This document shows positions 9,750 to 21,329 of a stretch of DNA of 22,993 bases, piece after piece; position 1 is the stretch's first letter; each line of letters starts with the position of its first letter. Where the stretch lies: contig JAQGDQ010001868.1 in the NCBI GenBank assembly GCA_030141605.1, positions 1 to 22,993 of the forward strand. Reading direction: 5' to 3'. The notes beneath the pieces are model-generated. The model made no database searches. It was not told the DNA's origin and saw only the letters and a program-made list of their open reading frames with translations. The position numbers were made by a program, and so were the translations under genes. Source of the DNA: Tubiluchus corallicola (Eukaryota; Animalia; Priapulida).

Positions 9750-10600
9750 TCATTACTCCAACATTGATGACGTGATGTGCTCAAAACGTTTAACTGATGA
9801 GATACTAAATATGAATATATCAAGCGAAGGTGATAACACATCAGATCATCTTCCGATTACTTTTGCAATTGAATCCCATATTTCGAAACTCGGAAACATA
9901 TGTCCTAGAAAAAATAGTTTTACCCAAGTATCAATTAGAAATTGAAACTGTTTTAAGAAATATGCGCATTCTATATGACCTTCTTCACAACTGCCCGGAT
10001 GAGTACAATTGCGAAATTATTAGATTTTAAAGAGAAATTCTAAATGTACTTAAAAGTGCAGGAAACAGGAGTGTGCCTACGTCTAAGCCAGGTGTGCTTT
10101 AACACTGGTGTTATAAGAAAGCAGTTAGCATGGCTCGAAAAGACATGAATGCACGTTTTTACTATAATTTTATCATACTGGTATAATAAGCTTCCTGCCT
10201 CGATCAAATTTGTCTAATAATTATAGTAATGAATTTCGTATTAAATCTGGAGTAATGCAGGCTGAGTGTTATCTCCTGTAATGCATGGAGATCGACGACC
10301 TTATTCACCAGTTACGTAACGCCGGGTTTTGTTGTTACATTGCTGAAACATTTGTTGGTACAATGATGTATGCTGATAACATAACACTGTTATATAGTTT
10401 ATACTTGGGAGAAATGTGAACAGTGTGGCAAAAAAGGACTATAACTTTCAATCTAAAGAAATCGTGGCTCATCTGCAAGAGTTGCTGAGATTTATTTCTG
10501 TAAAAAAATGATTGAAGTGGAAAAATATTGTTACTTATTTAGTCAAAAAATTTGGTACATCATCGACAAAAACAATTGCGCTGTAAACAACATTCTATCG
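9750..10600 (+). mobile_element. Heavily decayed, internally deleted APE-type LINE ORF2 relic (RTE-X/Proto2-like)
   Basis: Endonuclease motifs SNIDDV and NTSDHLPI (~9757-9860). RT motifs FRIKSGVMQ (~10235-10260), IDDLIHQLRNAGFCCYIAETFVGTMMYADNITLL (YADN at 10369-10380) and ITFNLKKS (10441). Many stops and frameshifts; the clade is tentative. Confidence 0.8.
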
Positions 10601-11538
10601 ACGTTAGGTCGGATTTAGATTAGATTTTATTGACTGAATATTACAGGGTAAGACACATGATAAATATCGTAATACTATTAATAAATATAGACATCTCGCA
10701 TTATCATGTTCATTACTCTACTAAATAAAATAATCTAATCATTGCAGTGCTAGAACGAAAATTTAATTATCTTTTAGAAAATGCACAGTTTCGCACTAGT
10801 AATTCAGGCGATTGAGCCGTTATGGCCATTTTTGTGTGGCGTTGTCAAAACTAGGAGTTGATATTATTGCGATAACAATCATTCTTTGATTAAAAGAAAT
10901 ACATTAAGCAGACAGGTAAAGAAGACAATATCTGACTGACATTCTTAAAAAGACGACGTTACTCAGTCGTTAAGAAACAACATTAGGAACATGTTGGGAG
11001 ATTTTAGACATGCAAGTAATAAGTAAGTAAGTAAGTAGGTAAGTATCTTTTTTTATAACTTTTTACAGAAAAAACATGCTGCAAAAAACAGTAACACGAT
11101 ACAATGTAACAAAATTATCATGGTGATTAGTACATCTGAAATATGATGTAAATCTGATTGGTGAAAGGGCGGCGAAGAACAAAAAGTTATCAAAATCAAC
11201 CACCATATATGTAATATTAATATGCTATTTCTAATTGATTATCTGCGATTATGTATACACCCTTACCTAATATACCACATTTTCTACACAATATATTCTA
11301 CAACTATTTTTGTGAAAAAATAAATTTATTTTAGCAACTCTCAAACAAATGCTGCTTTATTTTTGGATTAATGGTGCAGACTGCTCTAACTTCACAAAAT
11401 AGATAATCTAGTTTCACAAATCTATTTAGTTGAATTTTGGAAAAATTGTCTTGCCTCTCTAATTTAGGAGTTTTGAAAGATGTCTGTCTTATTTACCTAA
11501 AAGTGTTATTATTATTATTATTGTTTATTATTTGGAAA

Positions 11539-11733
11539 TTAATAATGATTGCTTCGTAAGCAACTCGTCATATTTGGGTTAATCGGATATGCAATTAAAT
11601 GAGTATACTGCAATGGATTGTAACCATACACTTTGGTAAAAAAATTAAAGCAGTAATGACGATCTTTCCAGTAATTTTGTCCCCTATGAAGTTGACCCTT
11701 TCCTTGACTGACGAATTTCCGTTCTGATTTAAC
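11539..11733 (-). CDS. EXTL3: Terminal coding exon of an exostosin-like (GT64) glycosyltransferase, EXTL3-like
   Basis: The acceptor tttatttcag is followed by 64 codons, VKSERKFVSQGKGQLHRGQNYWKDRHYCFNFFTKVYGYNPLQYTHLIAYPINPNMTSCLRSNHY, and TAA. RHYCFNFFTKVYGYNPLQYT matches EXTL3 [20 protein letters not shown]. Phase 0, in frame with the 18962-19090 exon. Not in the ORF track. Confidence 0.9.
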   Translation of the reverse strand, partial: VKSERKFVSQGKGQLHRGQNYWKDRHYCFNFFTKVYGYNPLQYTHLIAYPINPNMTSCLRSNHY

Positions 11734-12189
11734 CTGAAATAAACATATCTTTAATTAAAGGTAGGCCTTTTTAAAGCAGTAAATTTCTAACTACGATTGC
11801 TATAATAGCATTTTGTGTAATAAATGTCTTCTACAAATTAGCAAGTGAGTAAGATCATCACTTAACATGTTTCACAAAAATGAATGTTGTAGTGCCTACT
11901 TAGCTGTTAAGTCTAAACAAATTTTAGTATATTAATTGTTACAAGTGAAATGAGTTATGCTGATTTTTATTACAAAATTTGTGACAAACATCCACAGGCA
12001 ATTGTATGACTATGACCTTATGTTAAGACTTTTTACAGTTGGCTGCGCTTGAGAGGTCAAGAGTTGAGGAGTAAGCAGCCGAAACTCGACTCTGAAGTCG
12101 ACTAATCGACTAATAGACGACTGCTGGACTAATAGAGGATGCAATAATATATAAGCAAAAAAGAAAATGGCCGCCGGCTCCCTGCCAAT

Positions 12190-12617
12190 TAGCCCAGCAG
12201 AATGTTAAAAAATTGCTCATTTCGTTTTAAGTTATGAAATTTAGCACAATGTTGGAACCCATTAAGGTGACTAATTTTGCATACCGAGTAGATAAAAAAT
12301 CCATCAATACTATGCGCCAATTTCAAGATGTCCAGTAAGATTGGTCCCTAGCACATAAAGGCTATATCCTAACTATTAGAACAGATCAGATGATGATTTT
12401 GGCATCTAACTAATTATTGGTCAAACAACCCACTAACTAACACTTATCTACTCTATCAGCCAAGATTCTACTAAGGCACTTTGAAATGGCGCAGTATTGG
12501 ATGATTTTCGTTTAGCCTCATATATATAAAATTAATCACGTTTATTGGTTTTAGCTTTGTGCAAAGTTTTCTAACTCTTAGACGAAATGTACAAGTTTTT
12601 CACTGTTCTGTTAGATA
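12190..12617. mobile_element. Non-autonomous DNA transposon/MITE with ~140-bp degenerate TIRs, Academ-like (5'-TAG start)
   Basis: 12190-12328 (TAGCCCAGCAGAATGTTAAAAAATTGCTCATTTCG...GCGCCAATTTCAAG) is an inverted match, roughly 70% by eye, to 12479-12617. It lies near an Academ-type transposase fragment. The TSD is not clean. Confidence 0.6.
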
Positions 12618-12917
12618 ATTATTTTGGGATCAAGATCAATTCCAAGGTGACTGCCGAATTGGCAACAACTGGTTGGGTAATACGTTAATTATATTGCGTG
12701 CTTCAAATCTAGGATGTAATGTTTGTATATAGATAGAGGGTTCTAAAAATAAAAGGTATAAATGTCCAATGAGGTCACCACTTTCAAAATGGTCAACAAG
12801 ATTTTTGTCACTTTCATATATAGGTAACATCACAGTTGTCAGAGCAAATAAGATGATTTTGGCTTGTAAATGTATTTTTTCAATGTCAAGGAATTCAAAT
12901 CTGTTGCTACGGCAGTG

Positions 12918-13108
12918 ATCAATGACTGGGCCAATAGTACCTGGCTGATATACTACTTATCTGGTGTGTCCCAACAGTGTGGTACGTATTGGAAGAATTG
13001 ACACCAAATATCTTTTCCTTTCCAGTGAACATGCCTTTACATGGTCTGCAAACTGATGTCAATGTGCTAGCTTTGTCATGCAGGAGTACAACAAAATTTT
13101 CCAGCCCA
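12918..13108 (-). pseudogene. Fragment of an XPG-domain-associated (Academ-type) transposase C-terminal region
   Basis: LENFVVLLHDKASTLTSVCRPCKGMFTGK / LVSILPIRTTLLGHTR*VVYQPG / YYW-AQSL resembles the family consensus LERFVVLLYD..S....V..ARK.LF..K....IPPT..AL..H..RA.YQAG..W.QSL as I recall it. It is cut off by the LINE at ~13115. Confidence 0.65.
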
Positions 13109-13114
13109 TTAATA

Positions 13115-14439
13115 GTTGATTGGTTTAAAGCAAAAAATTGTCATTGAATCCAACTAAAACAAAATGCATTGTATTTCACTCTATAAATAAGAGGCCCCGG
13201 AATGACATTAACTTATTCATTGAAGGAGAGGCTATCGAAAGAGTTCCAAATATAAAATTCTTAGGCGTTGTAATTAATGAAAATCTTGATTGGAAACCAC
13301 ATATCAATTCTATCAGTTTAAAAATTGCTAGGAAGCTGGGAATAATTAACTTTATTAAAAATAAATTACACAGATCTCATCTTATAACACTTTATAATTC
13401 ATTGGTATTACCATACCTAACTTATTGCTGCATTATATGGGTACATCTTATCCATCCGAATTAATAAGCTTTACTAGGCATCAAAGAAAGTTTATCAGAA
13501 TATTAAACAATTTATCTAAACGTACCACTGTTGGTATGTCCTTATTTAATGAATGCGGTATAATAATTCTCGAAGACTTGGTTATAAATCACTTGTCTGT
13601 TTATAAGTACAAGACATACTACAACTTGTTTCCCACTTTCTTTGCAAATCCAACTACAGCAAAGTTTATCAGAATCCTAAACATTACTTGACAAGGTTCA
13701 ACGAATATCATGTCATTTACTGTCGTACTAATAGTGTCAGGCACTTTATTAAATTCACAGCCCCCACTAACTGGAATAAAATAGGTGCCCAAGTAAAATA
13801 CACTAACTATTTATAGTTTCAAAAAGTACTTGAAAAGGACCATTTTGGATTCATACTTATAATACAATTTTAGTGGTTCCAAGTCTCATGCTGTCGCAAT
13901 ATATGGCCTCCAATCAATTATAGTGCAATTTTAATATACCTCTATCTAAATTAAACATACACTGTGGTCGTTTCTTCTCCTCTTTTCCTTCTTCCTATCC
14001 CTAATCTTACTATTTTTTCCCATTCCATCATGTCTACTACCCCTAACCATTCTTTCAATCACTCATTCTCCCTTCCCTTCCTTCTTCCTATCCCTAATCT
14101 TACTATTTTTTTCCATTCCATCATGTCTACTAACTCTAACCATTCTTTCATTCACTCATCCTCCCCTCCCTTCCTTCTTCCTATCCCTAATCTTACTATT
14201 TTTTTTCCATTCCATCATGTCTACTAAGCCTAACCATTCTTTCAATTACTCATTTGTGCCACCTTAACAAGCCAAGCCTTCAAGGTGTCATACAGCAACT
14301 CTTTTATTTGGTTAACTTGACTTCATCAACGTTTTTTTTACCTATACTGTTTCGTTTTGCTTCAATAATATTGTATGTTGTTTGTATTGTATATGTATTG
14401 CTGGAGTGAAATAAATAAATTGATTGAAATTGAAAATTG
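13115..14439 (+). mobile_element. 5'-truncated LINE (Crack/Daphne/L2 group): RT C-terminus, 3'UTR and tail
   Basis: DWFKA-KLSLNPTKTKCIVF...KFLGVVINENLDWKPHI...LYNSLVLPYLTYCCIIW, with frameshifts, ending at ~13862. A 3' stem CACCTT/AAGGTG lies at 14260-14287, followed by AATAAA and a TTGA/TTGAAA-type tail at 14408-14439. Confidence 0.9.
13975..14253 (+). repeat. 93-bp pyrimidine-rich tandem repeat x3 within the LINE 3'UTR
   Basis: CTTCCTATCC occurs at 13991, 14084 and 14177. Confidence 0.93.
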
Positions 14440-15035
14440 CAATCTTAAGTAACTCGCAAGAACTGTGCTGGGTGACTTCTTCAAGGAATGAAATTTCTAC
14501 AACGATAAAACTACAGCTACGGATAGTCTTACTAACGTCCACGAAACACGTTTTGAGTTCAGAGAACACAACAGGGAATGAGTTGACTGTCTAACTTTGT
14601 AATTAATCTTTTATACTGTATAACCATATCTAAATTGAGTGATAGTTCTTGTACTTCTCATTTGCAAAGTGCATTTAATAATGTTAATCAATGCAATGTC
14701 AGACTTTTTTTGTAAAATTCTACAAATCACTTCAATATCCGAAAATGTACATAATTTATATAAATAAATATATAAAAAAATTAAATATCTTTTTCACGAA
14801 TATAACCATCGATGTTGCATTAATAAAACATAAAATCGTCAGTCTGTTAAAAGAGAGATTAAATCTCACAATTTTATGCTAAAATGTTTTAATTTTTGTT
14901 TGCTAAACAAGAAAGAAGCGCTTAAGCATTAAATTTTAATCTCAATTCGGTGAAGATTCCTCACGAAAATGGAACACGTAGTATTTTTACATTGTGACAA
15001 ATTTCTAAAATGCGAAAATGCAGAGATTCTAGTTG

Positions 15036-15197
15036 GCAGCAGAATTCCTCTCGAGGAATTGCTCGAGAAATTTAGCCGCGCGTCCTCACTGTAAAATGCG
15101 CCTTGGAAAAAAATGCGTTTCACTTTTATATGGAATGCAGCAGTGAATTTCTCCTCAAAGACTTTGGCTGCACATGCTCACTGTGAAATGGGCATAG
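15036..15197. mobile_element. Possible PIF/Harbinger-like MITE end remnants (two degenerate direct copies)
   Basis: CTCACTGTAAAATGCGCCTT and CTCACTGTGAAATGGGCATA each end a related ~60-70 bp unit. Palindrome AATTCCTC-TC-GAGGAATT at 15043-15060. No partner TIR found. Confidence 0.3.
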
Positions 15198-15968
15198 AAT
15201 TAATTGGCTTGACAAATCATATGAAAAATGGTGTTATGATTTTGCCCTGCAGTTGTTAAGAGCTTTTTTACGGTACCCATTTAGTTTAGGATATCCTTTG
15301 CTAACTGCAGTTTCCAAGAAAGGACCAAATGCTTACAGGGATATAGAAATCTTGCCTTTTCTGGTTAGCGTTTATGGTAGATTAATTGGTAACAGATTGC
15401 TTTTGTGAAAATATCTCTTAAACAGATATTTTTGTTATGGTTACTTATAGCAATAACATAAAAGCGTGGCAGAAAGCTTTTTGTGGGTTTTATTAACTTA
15501 GACAGGGCTTTGATAAAGTTCACAGAAAATTTAATGATAAACAAATTGTTTAAATTTGTTGAGTGAGCCATTTTTAATGACAAATAAAGAATTTATATAT
15601 ATATAAATTGGGCGTCAGTATACATACGTTTGTTGCTATTAAGATGTATTACTTTACTCGGATTTATGTACAGTTAAAATTAGCGACCAACGCAAATACT
15701 TTTAGCACATACACTGCTGTCTGTCTGGGAGCTTTAACAAGTGTTTTGCTATTTTGCATTCCTTGATGACCTTCTGATTTTCTTAAATATTGCTGCTCTT
15801 CTGAAAGTTTGTTGAATGATTTACATTGTTTGATACATGCTAATTGTACTATTCAATTTCCAGTGCATGATTACGTAACAATAGTACATCAGCATAGAAT
15901 GTGACTGTCAGATAACCTGTAGCATAAGGCAATTCTATTTTGACGATAGCAATGTGACAGGATTTGTC

Positions 15969-17536
15969 TTAGTTATGTATGCAAGACAGCTGATTGGACA
16001 GTCCTTCCACGTATCCTTCAGGTTGGACATGGTCTGGGTGGACAACGGACCTTGAGGCTCCTGTGTCAAGTAACCCGGTGACGTCTTTTCCATTCAAGGT
16101 GGCTCGATAGACCAGACACACACTCTTCGGTTCTTGCTCTAGCAGTGATTAAAGCTGACATATCAGGAGCGGAAGGGACCAAAAGTTGTTTGTGCATTTT
16201 TATCTCTCACACTAGGTACTAATCTAGGCCTTTCAGTAGGAGGGGCCTTCTTTCTTGGGCTAGAGGAAGAATAATGGCCCTGCTGGCCACAATGGTAACA
16301 TTGCACTCTGGCTGGCGCAGTTCCTCCCTTGGGTATTGCAGGTTATACGTCAGGTTATGATGAAGAAAATTTAATAGAGGTTGCTCTGGGATTCTGAGCT
16401 GAAATACAAGCATCAGCTTTTGCGACGGCTTCGTCAAGTTTGTAGATGCTATTTTTCTTCAGTCGCAAAGCGATCTCTACAGGGAGTATTGTCATTAAAT
16501 GCCCATAGGCTATTAAATCTAGGGCCTGATGTTTACTGGTGACCGACATAGCATTTGCTCAGTCCCGTAGGCTTTGCCTGTGATGTACCACTGTCTGCGT
16601 ACACGTCTCATCTTCACATATAGAAAGGTCCCTAAACACTATGCGGTAAATCTCAGGAGTCACCATATAAGCTGCAAGAATGGCTTCTTTAACTTTGGAA
16701 TAAGCACGAATGACATCCCCTTCAATGAGTTTGAAGGCATAACTAGCATTACCCGAAAGGAGAAACAGCACCACTGTGACCTCGGTATATCATGTACTTG
16801 GCAACAACGCTCATAATAAGTCAACTACTCCAGGATCAACTCACCTTGACCTTCCTTAAAAGGTCGCACTTTGAGTTTAATATGATGTGTGGATTCAGTA
16901 GATTTAGAGTTTACATTTGTGTTTGATGCGTTTACTGAAAGACGTGCTCTTAGTAACTCTCTGTCATGTCTTTTGCTTTCTTCCAACTCTTTGCTATCTT
17001 GCTTTGTTTCTACTCTCCATGCTCCTTTCTTCACACTCTTCCTCTGGTACCTGTTGACATCTCCTTATCTCTAATTCACGCATCTGCCATTCTAACTCTC
17101 TCTGTCTCTCTCTCTTGCTCTGGACTCCTCCGGTTGTACAATTAATTTAGCTTTATCATCTGGGGGCAACCCAGTTAAATCATACATGCCTGTCTCATTA
17201 CTACAAGTTATTTTTGTGCTAGAATCGCTAAGCTGTTTTGCTGGTGTTTGTGCAAGGTAAGCTGTGGCGGACTCAAGTCGGGAGAGGGCGGCGCTAACAT
17301 CGTACCTTGTGTTTTCTCGACTGTCTGTTGTACAGTGTAGTGACAGGGGAAACCATTCCTTGTTGGGTTTCCGATGGTACTGGGCGCTGGGCCTGAATTT
17401 CTAATATTGTGTCAATAAGAACTACCCGCCTATTGGACAAAGAGATCATACCCAATGATCTAGCTATTTCTCGAAGCTCGGACATTGGTTATGTGCCCAA
17501 CTGTTCTCTTGTATAAATATTATCCTCGTCTTCCAT
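15969..17536 (-). pseudogene. Disrupted gag-protease ORF of the Gypsy element (SCAN/Gmr1-like capsid)
   Basis: SAP-like N-terminus and coiled coil, then KVRPFKEG, YSKVKEAILAAYMVTPEIYRIVFR and LDEAVAKAD. Zinc knuckle CYHCGQQGHYSSSS at 16300-16259 (last C lost). Protease ATLNGKDVTGLLDTGASRSVVH (DTG at 16067-16059). Several stops and frameshifts. Confidence 0.9.
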
Positions 17537-17927
17537 GTTAATTAATGTAGTATTATAATACTGTGAGTGTGAATAAATTTATTATTCGAGAGTCACCAAC
17601 CTGTATCAACTGTGCGAATTCTTGTAACGCGACAGCGAATTCTGCACAAAACTTGGCTTCAATAACTGTAATTCAAGAATATTTTGCTATGGAAGCCACA
17701 AGAACAAAGTACGTTAAAGCGTAGCAAAAATTTCGTACTGCACAAAGTTATAACAACTAAACCTGTTATACGTTCAGCGCAATGTTATAGAACTGAAGTA
17801 TCAGTGTAAAGTGACCTAGTTTCTCGCACCTACTTTCTTATGCGAGTGCTAAATTTCTTCCCAAGGTCTTTGTATTAAACTTAATTTTTTGAAATAAATG
17901 CACAGAGCAGAAAACCTGATTAAATCA

Positions 17928-17948
17928 ATCACACCGCTCCTGCCACCA
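17928..17948 (-). promoter_or_regulatory. Primer binding site, tRNA-Leu type
   Basis: TGGTGGCAG(GAG)CGGTGTGAT lies 2 nt after the LTR CA. Removing the 3-nt insert gives 17/18 identity to TGGTGGCAGCGGTGGGAT, the complement of the tRNA-Leu(AAG/TAG) 3' end as recalled from animal tRNAs. Confidence 0.8.
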
Positions 17949-18961
17949 TCTGTAATGGCCCGTGCATACAGGGGCAGACCATAGAGGCCAATTAATGGTA
18001 GTCGCTGTTAAGTTCGATCTGTTCCTTGGCCGAGCTAGGGACACTAACCGACTGCCCACTAAAGAAAACAGACAGTAGCTGAGCGTAGGCATAGACTCTA
18101 CGGGGGCTCTACCTAAATAGCATGGATTCTTTTGTGGTGTGATGAATGAAAAATAGGCTTTTTGTCTGTAAGTCAAAAATCAAACTGTAACCAGTCGATT
18201 AAATACCATAATACAAAGTGTAATGGCACAAAAAATCAAACAATAGGGTATTTCAGCTATTTGCAAACAATGGAAATTAGTAATTTGCAAAAGTAAATCT
18301 GAAAACGCTACTAAACAGCATGGCATGAAGTAAAGGCAATGGACAAAAATTATATAGTGTTCCTGACTATTTAAAGGATTCCTACTTACTCTACACTCTT
18401 CCAGCCACCCCAAAAATGTGTATGCTAGCATAATATCTTCTCCAGGCTGTTGTAGTTTGTGGTCATAGAACGACTAAAGTATGGTTCAGACTTCATCTAA
18501 CGGGCCATAGTTGAATAAAGTGAGATCTAGACTAGCAGATTATTGGAATAATTACTATGGTAAACATTATGGTAGCTACTTTAAACGATTTATAGTAATT
18601 GCTCGAAAGAAATATGTAAGATTTGTGATGTTTTATAATGAACAGGAATTTGTTTGTAGGTATGACAGGTAAATTAAAAAATAATTTGATGTTTCATTTA
18701 CAAGTACTCCTAAGTATGTAATCATTATACCTTGCCAATCTGACAGTGATAGTAAACGTGTGGTATATAACACTGTAAACCCTAAATAGCAGTTTGCAAT
18801 ATCTATGGTAATGGCATTCAAGTGGGTTATATAAATTTATGAAGTGAGTAGTGACTACATATTCAGGTTCATCAACACCTTTATCATTAGCAATGCCAAC
18901 AGAAATCGCAAAAATATCCAAAACAAATAATAATAAGAGCAAGTCTGTATAAATCTGTTAC

Positions 18962-19090
18962 CTTCACAGGTGGACTTCGTGTGTAGTGAGACACTAAAAA
19001 ATTGAATGCAATGTCGTCGCAATTCATTGTTTCATCAACCACTTGCCTAATTACAGCTGGCATGTTGTTGCTGTATATTTCCAAGTAGTC
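18962..19090 (-). CDS. EXTL3: Penultimate 129-bp coding exon of the EXTL3-like GT64 glycosyltransferase
   Basis: attattacag|[43 protein letters not shown]|gtaaca. The 43 codons align without gaps to EXTL3 [43 protein letters not shown]. Phase 0-0. Confidence 0.93.
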
Positions 19091-20918
19091 CTGTAATAAT
19101 GTTTTTTGTGACAAATAAGTACTATCAGATCCTAACAAAAATATCATGTAAATATAGTTGCTATCCAGTCAAGAAAACTTGATGCCTGAACATTTAGCCT
19201 GATGAGTCATACCTTTGAAATGTAAACATAGACCGTCCCGCGGCAGTTCCAACTGCCATTTCGCACGACTGTTGATCGCAATGATCTTAGGTTAATTCAC
19301 TATTTTGACTTGCACGATTTAGCGGCTTTATTTTTTTATAAACTCGCGCGTTTCGCTTTGGATTGCATCGAAACACTTCAAATTTAGTGTCGCATAGACT
19401 CTTGTGAAAAACGAAAAATCCAGGAAGAAAGCGGAAGTGACATCACGCTAGGAACGACACAGTGTATGTGTGACTTTTGCTGTATTTACATGCGGGCAAA
19501 TGAAGCGATACGCTGACAGTGAAGAGACTGGGGCACTCGCGTTTTGGTATATTAGCGTTAAGCTCAAATAACACGTTTGTCCACACTTACATCTTTTTTT
19601 ATACATGAAAAAATATTTATAGCGAATTACAACGTGCAAAAGTTTTAGCGTGACGTCACTGCTATTTTATGCTGCGCTGCCTTCTTGTTCATTTTCTGAC
19701 CTCTTCTGTTTTAAAGCTGTCTCACTGCCAAGGTATATTTTGCCGAATGTCCCGTTCAGACAATGCTTCTGACAGACAGTTTAGCATATAAAATTGTAAA
19801 AATAACAGTAGATTCTTAGGTATGACCGAAGAGAAAAGAACTAGAACATAAGACAATAATGACAGATGGTTTTGTTTCCTGTACTTTGCCAAGGCTTTTA
19901 ACCTGTGCAGACCGGGTATACTGTTTAACTTAATGGGAGGTTTAAAAGTAAAAGAAAACTGAAAACTAAGAAGAAATGACTTTCAGACAACATTTTTAAC
20001 TCATTAAAATTGCGCTCTCTACTTACTTGGGAAAACCTTCGTGGCATTTTTTTCGAATGTGCAAATGAGGTTTCAGAGAAAAGAGCTTTAAATATTTAAG
20101 TAAACATATTCTCGTTGTCTATAGTTTGACTGCTGATCGACGTGCATATAAGTTTGATGCAGTCGAGCACCTTTATTCTAAGTGTCACTGCCCACGCTTC
20201 ATTTTTCACCATGCCAGGATAGATCGGCGTTTCTTTTTGTGGCAAAAGGAAAAAATGTTCTATCCTCATCACGGTCGCGTTTTGTGCCATTTCTATGTTA
20301 GGTAACGTGTAAAAAATCAGGAGAAATATGCCAAAATGTGAACAAAGGGAGGTCCCGTTAAACTGGTCGTATTGAAATGTCTTACTGTTAACCTTGGCTA
20401 AATATAGTTTCATGGCATTGAGTTACAAAGGTTAATTATTACACCACTTACTGTGCATCTAACCCGAAATACTGCCTAGCAGCTTGATCTAATTCGCGGG
20501 AGTACTCGACACACCTATTGTTCATGCAGCCTACACGTTTAAATACTGATACAGTAACATCATAGTGCTCTGCATACTGTGTTTGTTACTATAAATTTGC
20601 TGCTCCTTTCAGGTTTGTAAAGTAAAAACTGGTTCTTATAAGCTTATTTGATATTAGTAAAGAAATACTATTTAGTAAGAAACGTTTTTATGGATAAATC
20701 ATTACTCGCGATAACCATTCTGTTCAGTGTTCACAGTGGCATACTTGCTGGGGAAACTGGCTGTCTACTGTACTGCTGCTGTTAATTGCCTCTTCCAAAC
20801 GTGAAGTCACAGCACTGAGTATCATACCGGGCGATAATATTTGTGACAGAACCAACGGTTCTTTATTTATGTTACCATATCACATAAAAGCGGACATCAA
20901 AACTGTTTTAAAAATTAG

Positions 20919-21329
20919 GCCAAGCCGCCAAGAAGGACAAGAATGCCAAGCTGCCAAGTGCCAAGAATGCCAAGCCACCATGTATGCCAAGCCGCCACGA
21001 AAGCCAAGCTGCCAAGAATGCCAAGCCACCATGTATGCCAAGCCGCCACGAAAGCCAAGCTGCCAAGAATGCCAAGCCACCATGTATGCCAAGCCGCCAC
21101 GAAGGCCAAGCTGCCAAGAATGCCGAGCCACCATGTATGCCAAGCCGCCATGAAGGCCAGGCTGCCAAGAATGCCATTCGGCCAAGAATGCCAAGCTGCC
21201 ACGCCGCCAAGAATGCCAAGCTGCCACGCCGCCAAGAATGCCAAGCTGCCACGCCGCCAAGAATGCCAAGCTGCCATGCCGCCAAGAATGCCAAGCCGCC
21301 AAGAATGCCAAGCCACCAAGAATGCCAAG
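20919..21329 (+). repeat. GCCAAG-based compound minisatellite (51-bp x4, then 25-bp and shorter units)
   Basis: CCAAGAATGCC occurs at 20961, 21012, 21063 and 21114 (period 51), then GCCAAGAATG at 21181, 21206, 21231 and 21256 (period 25). Confidence 0.95.

Larger units (their letters stand above)
15969..18170 (-). mobile_element. Truncated Gypsy (Ty3/Metaviridae) LTR retrotransposon: 5'LTR end, PBS, leader, gag and protease; RT/IN and 3'LTR missing
   Basis: The LTR ends ...CCATTACA at 17951, with the PBS at 17948-17928 and the gag ATG at 17536. Zinc knuckle and DTG protease motifs follow. The LTR outer boundary is uncertain. Confidence 0.9.

Noticed and set aside
11021-11045. (TAAG)n microsatellite as the tail of the 9750-10600 LINE
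   Set aside because: Continuity with the LINE cannot be shown from the sequence.
13964-14227. 87-aa ORF with 31-aa repeats
   Set aside because: By-product of the 93-bp tandem repeat in the LINE 3'UTR.
18180-18942. Short minus-strand ORFs as further EXTL exons
   Set aside because: They have no GT64 similarity, and the true next exon is at 11733-11539.
4633-19090. Glycogenin plus EXTL3-like as a glycan biosynthesis cluster
   Set aside because: The glycogenin piece is a disrupted fragment inside a repeat element, so the proximity is probably coincidental.
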